A DNA stretch of 64,000 nt, taken from sequence record NC_049850.1; one strand, given 5' to 3'. The notes beneath the pieces were generated by a model that was not told where the DNA came from, searched no databases, and saw nothing but the letters and a program-made list of their open reading frames with translations. Below are positions 9,419 through 19,134 of the stretch, piece after piece (the first letter of the stretch is position 1; the number at the start of each line of letters is the position of its first letter). A program made the translations under genes and the position numbers.

Positions 9419-10370
9419 AAGCCGCGTGCTTGCAGTTGTCGAAGTGGTGGCGCTCCATATTTTTGTTACCCGTGGCCCCACAGTGAGGACACGTCTTCAT
9501 TGGCGCGTCGCGGTGTTGCTGTAGCGACTTCAGGCGAATCTTTTCCTTGCACTCGTCGCTCATGGTTGGGCGCGTTGACGAGGATGCGTCGAAGTCTGGA
9601 TTCTGCTTGCAGTTATCAAAGTGCCACATCTTTGCCACGTTAAGCGCGACTGATTTGTTGCAGTGGGGGCATTCGACCTTTGGTCGACGCAGTGCTGCTG
9701 CTCGGATTTTCTCTGCGTGCTCAGCGCTTTTCGGCCCACGTAGTAGTTCTTTGGTTTCTTCAGAGCGCTTAATGCCAGTCATGCGCTCTCGCCATTCAGT
9801 TGATTTTTTCACACCGCGCCCGGCCGCTGACATCTTCATGCGTGCCTCTTCGGTGTGCTTGTATCCTGACGATCCAGCACCACCGGCACTGGCGTTAGTG
9901 AGTATGCCGCCATCCGCGTATCGACCAATGGATTCGATGATCAGGTCTTCGGCAGCAAAGGCCACGGCCTCGATCAGATCGCTGGACAGGCGCTGCACGA
10001 TCACGTCCAGACCAGCACCTTCTATCTTGCGCACCTTGGTGTGCTTGCGAGTTGGGCGAGTGGCTTTGCGGGATTCGGAGGTGTGCTGCCACATACGAGT
10101 TCCTTTGCCTTTGCCTATGTAAAACGGCTCGAACTCGAATTCGATAGTTTTCCCACGGGCCAGCTTGTAGCTATAGCTGCCCGGCTTACGCGGGTCCAGC
10201 AGTGCGTAGACGTAAAATTCACGCTTCAAGCTGAGTTTTCTGTTGACAGCAGCGTAAAAATCCGTATAGTGCGTGGCTCCCGCTATAAGAGCATCGCGAA
10301 ACGCCTTCGGCTTTACGTGCGCTGTCGTTGCGCTCAGTTCGGTAGCAAATTTCTGCTTGTAGTCTTTCAT
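9417..10370 (-). mobile_element. free-standing GIY-YIG (LEM3-like) homing endonuclease with NUMOD3 repeats and two CPHC zinc knuckles
   Basis: FYVYALLDPR...PFYIGKG motif; KHTEEARMKMS-type repeats; CPHC...HFDNCK twice. GGAG RBS before ATG 10370. It is the only minus-strand gene in this block. Confidence 0.75.
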
Positions 10371-10427
10371 AAGATTCTCCAGAGTTGTTACTGTTTCTAC
10401 TAACCTGACATGAAATTGAGGTTTCGC

Positions 10428-11432
10428 ATGAACGTCCAAAAGGGCGATTATATCATAGGAAAGGTCGACAAAAAGACGCATCTTATCAAGGTCGATTCGA
10501 TCCACAAGGGCATAGCTTCGGGCCTAGAACAAAAGGACGCGCACATACCGCAACTGGCGCGCATGCTTGAGTTCAACGCCGACTCCATCATCGCGAATTT
10601 GGGCCCGGAGCCAAAGCCGGGCCGCGCTTTTGGCTGTGACACCACGCGTCGCTACGTGGGCCGCAAGACACACGAGCATTTTCAACGCCTCTACTGGTTC
10701 TACAAGCCGGAAGGAGACGCAGGTGAACGTGTTGTGCGCGCCTTTGACAAAGCGTACAAAGTCTTGAAGAAGAACGGCTTGGACTTCATCATCCAGCCCG
10801 AGACGTGCGTCTGGGAGATCACGCCCCCGAACGGTGAGCGGTATGCTGGCATGTACAAGCGCTCGTCCAAGCCGGAGAAGAACCCGCACCGCCTGATCAT
10901 CCGTCCGGAGGTCATGGAAGAGAAGGACTGGGCGTACGTGATCTACCACGAACTGGCAGGCCACCACCTGCACTACGAGTTCCTGACGGGCTCGAAGCTG
11001 GAAGGCGCGTGGGTGAAGCTGTACAACCGAAGCGTGAAGGTCAGCGTCGTCAAGAAGGAAGACTGTGCGCGTATCCTCGAAGATTTTCTGGGTCAGGAGA
11101 CCCGGCTCTCGGACTACAAGGGCCAACTCGGTGAGGATGACGCAGAGGCCCTGAAGTGGATTCTCAAGGCCATCAAGACGAACCACAAGATTTCGCTTTC
11201 CGAGATCGATTTGCTGTTTGCTGCCGACTACGCGGACGACATCCGCGCGATCTGGCCGCAGCGGGTGTCGCGCGTCGATCTGGAGCCGCTGGTCACGGAA
11301 TACGCGCTCAAGAACTACAAGGAGTTGATCGCTGAGTCGATTGCGTGGTATCTTTCGGGCCTCCAGCTTCCGAAGGACGTGACGAAGCTCGTGGAGAAGA
11401 CTCTTGCCTACGTGAAGGCGAACCATGAGTAA
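10428..11432 (+). CDS. zincin-like metallopeptidase domain protein
   Basis: YHELAGHHLH (HExxH variant) with downstream ELIAE; GAGGT RBS before ATG 10428. Confidence 0.5.
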   Translation: MNVQKGDYIIGKVDKKTHLIKVDSIHKGIASGLEQKDAHIPQLARMLEFNADSIIANLGPEPKPGRAFGCDTTRRYVGRKTHEHFQRLYWFYKPEGDAGERVVRAFDKAYKVLKKNGLDFIIQPETCVWEITPPNGERYAGMYKRSSKPEKNPHRLIIRPEVMEEKDWAYVIYHELAGHHLHYEFLTGSKLEGAWVKLYNRSVKVSVVKKEDCARILEDFLGQETRLSDYKGQLGEDDAEALKWILKAIKTNHKISLSEIDLLFAADYADDIRAIWPQRVSRVDLEPLVTEYALKNYKELIAESIAWYLSGLQLPKDVTKLVEKTLAYVKANHE

Positions 11433-11766
11433 CATTCGCACCGTCGGCACGGACCTGCGTGTCCTTATCAACTCGTTCTCGTGTCACGTATCGAAGACGC
11501 AGCGGGCCACGATAAATATCAGTGGACAGGTTGAAAGAATTGGGGTATCATGCCACTTCACTTTTCAACTCGGCCCCAAGAAGACGCGTCTGACGTTCAA
11601 GGACGCGTGGATCAGGGACCAGTCTCATCCGCAAGAAGTGGCGTTTGCCGTTAAGTGCGCGCTGGCCGACTTCATTCGCAAGACTGATGTGGTGCCCGAC
11701 GCTTATCGGGAACAGCTAGTTCAATTGGTGCTTCGGCATCACCTACAAGACAAGGAGCAACGATGA
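11425..11766 (+). CDS. hypothetical protein
   Basis: 113-aa ORF overlapping its neighbours. Confidence 0.55.
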   Translation: MSNIRTVGTDLRVLINSFSCHVSKTQRATINISGQVERIGVSCHFTFQLGPKKTRLTFKDAWIRDQSHPQEVAFAVKCALADFIRKTDVVPDAYREQLVQLVLRHHLQDKEQR

Positions 11767-12227
11767 TCGAATACACCAACCGCGAAGACTTCGATGACGG
11801 GCTGGACAGCGAACTTCTCGTCAAGTTCGACTCGCTGTTGGGCGAGACCATCGTCGGCGTCGAAGACGACCCGCAGCGACGCTACATCATCTTCACGACG
11901 ATGAGCGGACGTATGCTCAAGCTGTACCACATGGACAGTTGTTGCGAGGATGTGTACATCGAATCGATCACTGGTGACCTGTTCGATCTGTTGGGCACCC
12001 CGCTTCTGCTGGCCAACGAGTCGACGAGCGACGAGAACCCGAAGGCGCAGCCGCGACCAGACTACCTCGATGAAGAGGACTACTGGGATGGGACGCCGGA
12101 ACATTTCCAGTGGACGTTCTATCGACTGGCTACCGCACGCGGTTTCGTCGACATCCGATTCTACGGTTCGAGCAACGGGCACTACTCGGTGAAGGTACGG
12201 CTCGCAGACATTACGGACAACCAATGA
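11763..12227 (+). CDS. conserved phage protein of unknown function
   Basis: YHxxxCCEDVYIESITGDL...WTFYRLAT..G.V.IRFYGSSNGHYS resembles a widespread phage family. Confidence 0.65.
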   Translation: MIEYTNREDFDDGLDSELLVKFDSLLGETIVGVEDDPQRRYIIFTTMSGRMLKLYHMDSCCEDVYIESITGDLFDLLGTPLLLANESTSDENPKAQPRPDYLDEEDYWDGTPEHFQWTFYRLATARGFVDIRFYGSSNGHYSVKVRLADITDNQ

Positions 12228-12583
12228 CGATCAAGATCGTGGTGCCGCCTTCGGGTGGTATCGAGTGGGTCAAGAAAAAGAAGAACGTGCTCGTATCCGA
12301 TTCTTGGCTACCACTAGCCTTTGCCCGCGAGGCCCACATCGAGGAACGGGAAGAAATGGTGATGGTGCGAAAGCCCACGCTGGTTACTCTCGACTTCGGT
12401 GCCGACTTCGACATGGAGCCGTGGATCGAACTGCTGTATAGGTACGCGCGCAGCAGCATGAGCGGCCGGTCGCCCAAGCGGGATATCGAGGTCGAGGGGT
12501 TGCTGTTGCGCGGCGTGTATCCGATGGACAACGTAGAGGGTAGCACGTGGGTCTGCTCCATCGACATGTGGGAGAAAGCATGA
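12224..12583 (+). CDS. hypothetical protein
   Basis: ATG 12224 with ATGA overlap; within the 12110 ORF frame. Confidence 0.55.
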   Translation: MTIKIVVPPSGGIEWVKKKKNVLVSDSWLPLAFAREAHIEEREEMVMVRKPTLVTLDFGADFDMEPWIELLYRYARSSMSGRSPKRDIEVEGLLLRGVYPMDNVEGSTWVCSIDMWEKA

Positions 12584-13041
12584 AGGTAGTGGACAAAGAC
12601 ATCATGAACGGAGTGCTGGTCGTCGACTTCGAGGACTACGACGTTCAGGGTTGGTTCGAGGAAGTCACGGCTCCCAGCACGGATGTGGCGTTCGGCGCAC
12701 CGTGCATGTACCGACGTGATCTCGTGATCGACGGTACACTATACATCGGCCTGTTCCCGGTCATCCGCCGTGGCACGAGCACCGTGTGGGAGTGTACTGT
12801 CCGGTATACGGACCCGCGCTACACCAATGTCAAGTTCGTTGTATGCGCTGACGACGTGAAGAGCAAGAACGACGGGCAATGGCATTTCGTGTCAGCCCAG
12901 CAGATCGCGCGCCTCCACAATCTGCGGCCCAGTCAATGGGTCACGTTGCAGCAGGCACAGAAAATCGGGCTCTCGCTTGAGGGCCTTACGATCCTGCGCC
13001 CGCGATTCGACGGGGACTACAAGGACTACAGTGGGGCATGA
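12580..13041 (+). CDS. hypothetical protein
   Basis: ATG 12580 with ATGA overlap and GGAGA RBS. Confidence 0.6.
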   Translation: MKVVDKDIMNGVLVVDFEDYDVQGWFEEVTAPSTDVAFGAPCMYRRDLVIDGTLYIGLFPVIRRGTSTVWECTVRYTDPRYTNVKFVVCADDVKSKNDGQWHFVSAQQIARLHNLRPSQWVTLQQAQKIGLSLEGLTILRPRFDGDYKDYSGA

Positions 13042-13433
13042 TGTTTAGCACCACCGCGTACCATTCGTCGAACTTCCTGTTCGATTTCCCCGTACAGGCA
13101 AAGGCTAACGCGAATCGTAAATACACAGATCGGCATGCCAATGGCCTTCTAGGTCTGTGGTGCTCCGTTACCGAGCGCGGGCGCTCCGCATTCGGACGTT
13201 ACCTGTATGAATTCGAGATCGACGCTGACTGGCCTTCGGTCCTGAACATCAAGTTGAGCACTCTGTTCGGGATCAGTGATCCGACAGAGTTGCGTGACTT
13301 GCGTAAGACTTGGCTCGATAATGGGACCAAGGTAGTGCGGCTTAGCGAGTGCGATCAGGTCTTTCAGGCCATTGTGCTCGATTTCCGCGTCATCAAAAAC
13401 TGGCACCTAGTTGCAGAGAAGCCGGTTTCCTGA
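13038..13433 (+). CDS. putative ADP-ribosyltransferase-fold protein
   Basis: AYHSS..FDF...GLWCS...FG.YLYE.EI and LDNG...IVLD..IK resemble ART-PolyVal-type domains. Confidence 0.4.
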   Translation: MMFSTTAYHSSNFLFDFPVQAKANANRKYTDRHANGLLGLWCSVTERGRSAFGRYLYEFEIDADWPSVLNIKLSTLFGISDPTELRDLRKTWLDNGTKVVRLSECDQVFQAIVLDFRVIKNWHLVAEKPVS

Positions 13434-13469
13434 TAGAATCATAAACAGGTTGGGAACTCCATTGGAACC

Positions 13470-13479
13470 CCAATTTTAT
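13470..13479 (+). promoter_or_regulatory. class B motif CCAATTTTAT
   Basis: CCCAATTTTATA is identical at 13469 and 28959; it lies upstream of ORF 13502. Confidence 0.5.
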
Positions 13480-13501
13480 ATTGGATAAAAACGGAGGTCC
13501 T

Positions 13502-14575
13502 ATGAGCTACAAGGGTGACGGTCGCGTAAAGCGCACATACGAGCAAGCAGTACAGGAACTTGCAGCACTTGGGCGCACGCTGATTTCCAGCGAGGCTGAG
13601 TACTATGAGTCACCGCGAACGGTCACGATTGGGTGCCGGTGCGGCGCTGTTCTGAAGCAGAGCGTTTCGGTGGCTGTGCGCGGAAAGGGGTTTTGCGTGG
13701 ATTGCCGCAAAACCTCGGACGCTGCGTCGAAGAGGTCAGTCGTGACCAAGGATGGTGTGTTTGCCACCGTAGCGGAGGCCGCTGCCTTCTACGGAATAGA
13801 CCACAAGACCGTGTATGCTCGTTTGTCAAGCGGATATTCTGACGCAGCGGCCGTGGGCCTTGAACTGCACGCAGCGGCCAACGCAAGTCGCGACCTAGAT
13901 GCTATCGGGTACGTGTACAAAATAACCAACACCGTTAATGGGCTAGTGTACATCGGTCTCACAACGCTGTCTGTAGCCGAACGCTATAAGGGCCACCTTG
14001 CCGCATGCAAAGATGGTATCATGCTGCCTATGTACATTGATATGCGAAAGTATGGGTATGATAAATTCCGTGTGCGTTGCTTGGCTAAGGTTCCTGTACG
14101 GGAACTGCCGGACACGGAACGGCGTCTCATAGAAAAGCACCACGCTACCGATCCGAAGTTTGGATACAACAGCGTGGCTGGCGGTAGTCTCGGTGGGACC
14201 GGGCTCGGCATGGCAGTTGAGTACGAAGGTCGCGTTTTCCACACCCGCAAGGCGTTCGCTAAGCACATAGGGCACGGATACGCAACCGTAACCGAACTCC
14301 TGAAGCTTGGCATGACACCAGTGCAGGTAGCGGAAGAGTGCGAGGCCCGTGCGGCGTCCACAGTGCAGGAAAAGCTGGCCAAGAAGCTGGGCCGAGCCGT
14401 AGTAATCAATGGTGTCGAGTACAACTCAATACGGGCGGCATGCCGCGCGCTCGGGGTAGACAACAACACCGTAACAAGGCGACTTCATCAGGGTTGGTCG
14501 CTTGAGTCCGCGTTTGATACGCGCAAATTCACACGCGGTGATTCACCGCACAACAGGAAAGCAGATGCAAGGTAA
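13502..14575 (+). mobile_element. free-standing GIY-YIG homing endonuclease with Zn ribbon and HTH (NUMOD1/IENR1-like) repeats
   Basis: GYVYKITNTVNGLVYIGLT motif; CRC/CVDC; repeated AEAAAFYGI / RAACRALGV helices. It overlaps the thyX start. Confidence 0.8.
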
Positions 14576-15500
14576 TCCGACGTTCCACGGCGATCAGTGC
14601 GAAGTTCGAGTGATCGAATATTCTAAGTCCAGCAAGACTGGCCACCCGCTCGTGACGTTTCAAACGAAGTATTGGCGCGCGGTTCATGCAGAACTGCTCA
14701 CTCACCGGGCCCTGAGCCGAAACGCGAGCAGCAGCCGCGCTATCCCAACGGCCAAGCTTATCGCCACCATCCGCGACGAGCATCCGTTCCCGGTGCACTG
14801 GGGTGCCAATCAGCCGGGGATGCAGGCTCACGCGGAATGCAGCAATCTGGTTAAGCACCCGCGCACGGGCGAAATGCTGACCCGCGAAGCCGCGTGGTCC
14901 GCAGGTGTGGCTGACGCCTGTGACTGGGCCACGGCGTTTGCGGACGCTGGATACCATAAGCAGATCAGCAATCGATTCGCGGAGAATCTGGGCTGGATCA
15001 ACGTGGTTATCACGACGAGCCAGCTTGACAACTTCTTCGAGTTGCGGGACCACGATGATGCGCAGCCGGACATTCGTGATCTGGCACGCACCATGCGCCG
15101 CGCGATGAACTCTGCCACGCCTCGCATCCTCGATCCGAAGGACCTGACGGACCCGCGTGCATGGCACTTGCCGTACGTGACAATGCAAGAGCGTCAAGCT
15201 CATCCGATCACCGAGTTGCTGGCAATGAGTGCAGCGCGTTGCGCCCGGGTCTCGTACTTGACGCACGACGGCATGAATCCGCTGCTGGCCAAGGACATCG
15301 AGTTGTACCGTCGACTGGTCGAGAGCAAGCCGCTGCACGCGTCACCGCTCGAACATCAGGCGATTGCTACATCCTTTGACTATCCGTCGAAAAACTTGAC
15401 GGGTGGCTGGATGCAGCACCGGACGCTGCTTGAAACTGCTGGCTCCATCGATCAGATGCACGAACGCATGGGCTTTGCCCCGGCACCCGTTACGCAATAA
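14565..15500 (+). CDS. thyX: FAD-dependent thymidylate synthase
   Basis: HAELLTHRALSRNASSSRAIP signature, CARVSY and HASPLEH. Confidence 0.85.
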   Translation: MQGNPTFHGDQCEVRVIEYSKSSKTGHPLVTFQTKYWRAVHAELLTHRALSRNASSSRAIPTAKLIATIRDEHPFPVHWGANQPGMQAHAECSNLVKHPRTGEMLTREAAWSAGVADACDWATAFADAGYHKQISNRFAENLGWINVVITTSQLDNFFELRDHDDAQPDIRDLARTMRRAMNSATPRILDPKDLTDPRAWHLPYVTMQERQAHPITELLAMSAARCARVSYLTHDGMNPLLAKDIELYRRLVESKPLHASPLEHQAIATSFDYPSKNLTGGWMQHRTLLETAGSIDQMHERMGFAPAPVTQ

Positions 15501-15544
15501 GGGCCCGGCGCTACGTAATTTGATTGGGTGAATAAGGAGGGCTT

Positions 15545-16216
15545 ATGCTCACACTACCCCAGATTGCGCAGCGCACGAGTGCACGACGTAAAGAGAGCGC
15601 TAAGTACGTGAAGATCACGTACCAGAAGCGTGGGTGGGATAGCCTCGGACGTGGCTATGTCGCCTGCGCCTCTTACTCGACCAAAATCTGGGACCCGTAT
15701 AAGCGGAAGTACGTTCGCAATACGCGGGGCCCCGGTGGTAAGCCGAGACGGTACGTGACTGTTATTGTTTTTCTTGACCCAAGGCTGCATGTTGCTGTAT
15801 CATGTAGCTGCCCAGACTTCCGCTATCGCTGGGAAGTCGCGTTGAACCGGAAACAAGCCGCCGAGATCGAATACTCGAACGGGGAATTGCCGGTAATACG
15901 AAATCCGCGCATGACCACCTCGTCTTGTAAGCATTTGTTCAAGCTTTACGAGACGATCAAACCTCAGCTTCCGGCCCGTCGCGCAGGCGACGATACGCCG
16001 CCGATTGCACCGCCCCAGATCGGGGTCGCACCGTCTCAGCTACGGAAGGTCGAGGAAGCGCGCCGCGCGGCCCTGAAGAACGCGGTTAAACCCGTGGTGA
16101 TCAAGGCTCCGACAAACGTGCAAAGGTCGGTCAAACCGGGCAAGAAGCAATCCACGCTGCCGCGCTCTGCCGTCGCGCCTATTGCGCAACGCATGAAGCA
16201 GAGAAGGAATAAGTGA
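15545..16216 (+). CDS. SWIM-type zinc finger protein with basic Pro-rich tail
   Basis: CSCPDF...CKH motif; AGGAGG RBS. Confidence 0.6.
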   Translation: MLTLPQIAQRTSARRKESAKYVKITYQKRGWDSLGRGYVACASYSTKIWDPYKRKYVRNTRGPGGKPRRYVTVIVFLDPRLHVAVSCSCPDFRYRWEVALNRKQAAEIEYSNGELPVIRNPRMTTSSCKHLFKLYETIKPQLPARRAGDDTPPIAPPQIGVAPSQLRKVEEARRAALKNAVKPVVIKAPTNVQRSVKPGKKQSTLPRSAVAPIAQRMKQRRNK

Positions 16217-17184
16217 TGAAAAGTTATGAACACTCAGCCTCGTTCTCGAAGCTGAAAAACATCACGGAGAGGATTAGCAAGAACCTGACGACGCTGGAAT
16301 ATCTCCACACGCTCGACATGTTCTTGTGGAAGGCGCTCGCGCCGATCCACGCGGAGTGTCCGTCGCTTTTCCAGAACTACGTGGCAAAGATTGTGGCACG
16401 GCAGACCCGCAAGGCGAGCCGACGCTTCACCTCGGACGACCGGACAAAGCTTCCGATTCACCTGTTCAACATGGTGACTACGAAGGACCCGAAGAAGGCG
16501 CACGAGCACGCACGTGCCATGCACCTGAATCGCGGTCTCATGTTCGGTTTCATCGCCCTGTTCTTCAGGCGCGTTGAACAATACGAGCACCTGCACACTG
16601 CGCTCGATCTCGATCCGATTGTTCGGAATTCGAAGATTTACGAGATCGAGCGCAGTATCGGCCTCCGTCCCGGAGCCGCGCTGTTCACGGCGGTGCAGGA
16701 GGCGCGCTTCTGGTACACGAAAGCCCGCAACTTCAAGAACATGATTCTTGAGAAGTACACGCGACTCGCGCTGATGCATGCGAAGACCACGTATAAGGAC
16801 TTCAACCACCACGTACGTCTGGATGACGTTATCCAGATTTACATGATCGTTGTGTCCCGGGCAATCGACCGCTGCGACGCGCGTCAGGGCGTGCTCACCA
16901 CGTTCATCACGAACTGGTTCAAGAGCGCGCGGTCCGAGGTCGCTGAAATGGCCAAGGATCAGGGTGATCAGTCGTACGAAGCACTGGTCGAGGAAATGGG
17001 GGACGCGAGTTCGGAGATTCTGGGCTCGACGGACGGAGGTCTGGGTGACGACATGCACGACCACATCGCGTATGTTGCCAAGCAGATCGACAAGCAAGGC
17101 TATGTCCGGGCCGCACTCCATATCCCCGAGCGGCTATCGAAAAAACAGCTTCAGATTCTTGAGGCATTCGTTCTGGAGGAATGA
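16213..17184 (+). CDS. phage sigma-70-family factor (region 2 present, region 4 apparently absent)
   Basis: ILEKYTRLALMHAK...DDVIQ...RAIDRCDARQGVLTTFITNWFKSA aligns to sigma region 2.1-2.4. Confidence 0.7.
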   Translation: MMKSYEHSASFSKLKNITERISKNLTTLEYLHTLDMFLWKALAPIHAECPSLFQNYVAKIVARQTRKASRRFTSDDRTKLPIHLFNMVTTKDPKKAHEHARAMHLNRGLMFGFIALFFRRVEQYEHLHTALDLDPIVRNSKIYEIERSIGLRPGAALFTAVQEARFWYTKARNFKNMILEKYTRLALMHAKTTYKDFNHHVRLDDVIQIYMIVVSRAIDRCDARQGVLTTFITNWFKSARSEVAEMAKDQGDQSYEALVEEMGDASSEILGSTDGGLGDDMHDHIAYVAKQIDKQGYVRAALHIPERLSKKQLQILEAFVLEE

Positions 17185-17185
17185 T

Positions 17186-17536
17186 TTGAGCAATCCGCTC
17201 GAACTGTCGGTGACGGCAATGAAATCGTTGCTTGCCGACTACGCGCTCCGTGCGAAGCAAGCTGAGGAAACCGCAGGACTGCTAATGGCCAAGACGCTGG
17301 ATGAGGTCGGCCGCCTGCACCTGTTCCAGTTGCTTCAGCAGCACATCGAGGCACGGGCCCACGACAGAGCAGTTCACCAGCAGGCCGTGATTCAAACCAC
17401 GTGCTTAGCACTCGCAACTGCGCTGTCGCAGGACGACGAATCCCTGCGTGACGCAGTGATACGCATCCACAAGAACCTGTCGCTCGCGGCTGATGCTGCG
17501 ATGCAAGTACCCATATCGGCCGACGCTAGTAAATAA
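17186..17536 (+). CDS. hypothetical helical protein
   Basis: TTG start after GGAGGA; this is the 3' part of ORF 16850. Confidence 0.5.
   Translation: MSNPLELSVTAMKSLLADYALRAKQAEETAGLLMAKTLDEVGRLHLFQLLQQHIEARAHDRAVHQQAVIQTTCLALATALSQDDESLRDAVIRIHKNLSLAADAAMQVPISADASK
17526..17535 (+). promoter_or_regulatory. class A motif CTAGTAAATA
   Basis: Upstream of ssb. Confidence 0.5.
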
Positions 17537-17583
17537 GGTCAGCAGTAGCAACAGCAACCAACCAATCGCAAGAAGGAAGAAGT

Positions 17584-19122
17584 ATGGCACGCCAAAAGGG
17601 CACCGATTTCGACAACATCAACACCAACGGCAACAAACGTGACAAAGTGAAGGTCACGGACGTGGTGACCCTGTTCAAGTTCCCGGAAAAGAAGTGGGTG
17701 ACTCTGCGCCTGTACGGTGACATCCACTCGTACGCAACCGCGTGGGTGAAGACGAAGACGAAGGACGGCAAGTCCACGAAGTTCCCGATCGATCTTCCGT
17801 CGTACGACCCGACGACCCAGACGTTCGACAGCACGAAGTACGACCCGTGGTACGAGTTCTCGCAACAAGAGCGCGACAACAACGTCGAGCGTGACGACCA
17901 GATGATTCAGGTCGGCCGCAAGTTCTACATGAACGCGCTGCTGCGTCACCTCCAGAAGCAACAACCGAGCACGAAGATTCGTCCGACGAGCACCGAGAAG
18001 GAAACGGGCTTCAAGGACAAGGACAGCGACACGTGGACGCCGTGGCAAGTTCTGGCGCTGAGCCCGGGCCTGATCGGCAAGATTCGCGAACTGAAGGGTC
18101 TCAACACCGTGACCTCGAAGAAGACGGGTGCCACGAAGACGTACAACGTGTCGGACGAGAAGTTCGGTCGCGACATCCGTATCCTGTACGATTCGACGAA
18201 ATCGCCGGGTGACCAGTACCAAGTGGTGCCGGGTGATTCGCGCACTCCGATGACGGAAGAAGAACTCTCGTTCCTGCGCTGGGACACGTCGGCTCTCGCA
18301 TCGGAACCGCCGAGCGACGAGGAAACGAAGAAGGAATTCGAGTCGTGGGCCAAGCGCAACGGCATCAAGCTGAAGTCGGGCAAGCGCCGTGACGAAGAGG
18401 ACATCGACGAGGACGAAGACGAGTCCCCGAAGAAGGGCAAGTCGAAGAAGACGACGACCTCGAAGAAGAAGCAAGTCGAAGAAGACGACGAGGACGATGA
18501 AGACCTCGACGGTGACGACGATGGCCTCGACGAGGACGAAGACGACGAACCGGCTCCGAAGAAGGGCAAGAAGGCCCCGGCCAAGGGCAAGAAGGTCGTC
18601 GAAGAAGACGACGATGACGACCTCGACGAAGACGAGGACGAAGACGAAGACGAGGATGACGAACCGGCCCCGAAGAAGGGCAAGAAGGCGGCTCCTGCCA
18701 AGGGCAAGAAGAAGCAGGTCGACGAAGACGACGAGGACGAAGACGACGAAGACCTCGATGACGACGAAGACGACGAACCTGCACCCAAGAAAGGCAAGGC
18801 AGTGAAGGGCAAGAAGAAGCCGGTCGAAGAAGACGACGAAGACGAGGACGATGACGACCTCGACGAAGACGAGGACGAAGACGACGAGCCCGCGCCGAAG
18901 AAGAGCAAGAAGGCTGCACCGAAGGGCAAGAAGAAGAAGCCTGTCGAGGACGACGAAGACGAGGATGAAGACGAAGACCTCGACGACGATGAAGACGACG
19001 AGGACGAAGAACCGGCCCCGAAGAAGAGCAAGAAGCCTGCTGCGAAGAAGGTGGCAAAGAAGACCAGCAAGAAGAAGCCGGTCGAAGAAGACGAGGACGA
19101 CGAAGACGACCTCGACGACTAA
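17584..19122 (+). CDS. ssb: single-stranded DNA-binding protein (gp32-like) with long acid/base block tail
   Basis: N-terminal domain with VTLRLYG, RKFYMNAL and DEKFGRDIRI is typical of gp32-like SSBs; acidic C-terminus; adjacent to recA. Confidence 0.6.
   Translation: MARQKGTDFDNINTNGNKRDKVKVTDVVTLFKFPEKKWVTLRLYGDIHSYATAWVKTKTKDGKSTKFPIDLPSYDPTTQTFDSTKYDPWYEFSQQERDNNVERDDQMIQVGRKFYMNALLRHLQKQQPSTKIRPTSTEKETGFKDKDSDTWTPWQVLALSPGLIGKIRELKGLNTVTSKKTGATKTYNVSDEKFGRDIRILYDSTKSPGDQYQVVPGDSRTPMTEEELSFLRWDTSALASEPPSDEETKKEFESWAKRNGIKLKSGKRRDEEDIDEDEDESPKKGKSKKTTTSKKKQVEEDDEDDEDLDGDDDGLDEDEDDEPAPKKGKKAPAKGKKVVEEDDDDDLDEDEDEDEDEDDEPAPKKGKKAAPAKGKKKQVDEDDEDEDDEDLDDDEDDEPAPKKGKAVKGKKKPVEEDDEDEDDDDLDEDEDEDDEPAPKKSKKAAPKGKKKKPVEDDEDEDEDEDLDDDEDDEDEEPAPKKSKKPAAKKVAKKTSKKKPVEEDEDDEDDLDD
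18388..19119 (+). repeat. coding tandem repeat: 7 Asp/Glu blocks alternating with 6 Lys-rich PAPKK..KK blocks
   Basis: Directly visible GACGAA/GAAGAC runs and repeated GAACCGGCCCCGAAGAAG. Confidence 0.95.
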
Positions 19123-19134
19123 GCCAGCGTCGAC

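Noticed and set aside
10371-10505. ORF-track start at 10505 for the minus-strand nuclease (also 1119, 7314, 21344, 24473, 25308, 44014, 54127)
   Set aside because: Downstream starts have better RBSs or stop-start coupling and avoid long overlaps.
617-15500. DNA hypermodification cluster (HAD, HD, ThyX, UDG-like domain)
   Set aside because: No hydroxymethylase, glycosyltransferase or PurZ-like gene is visible, and ThyX implies ordinary dTMP synthesis.
18388-19119. Possible CRISPR array or non-coding satellite
   Set aside because: The repeats are imperfect, in frame and coding, with no constant repeat-spacer structure.
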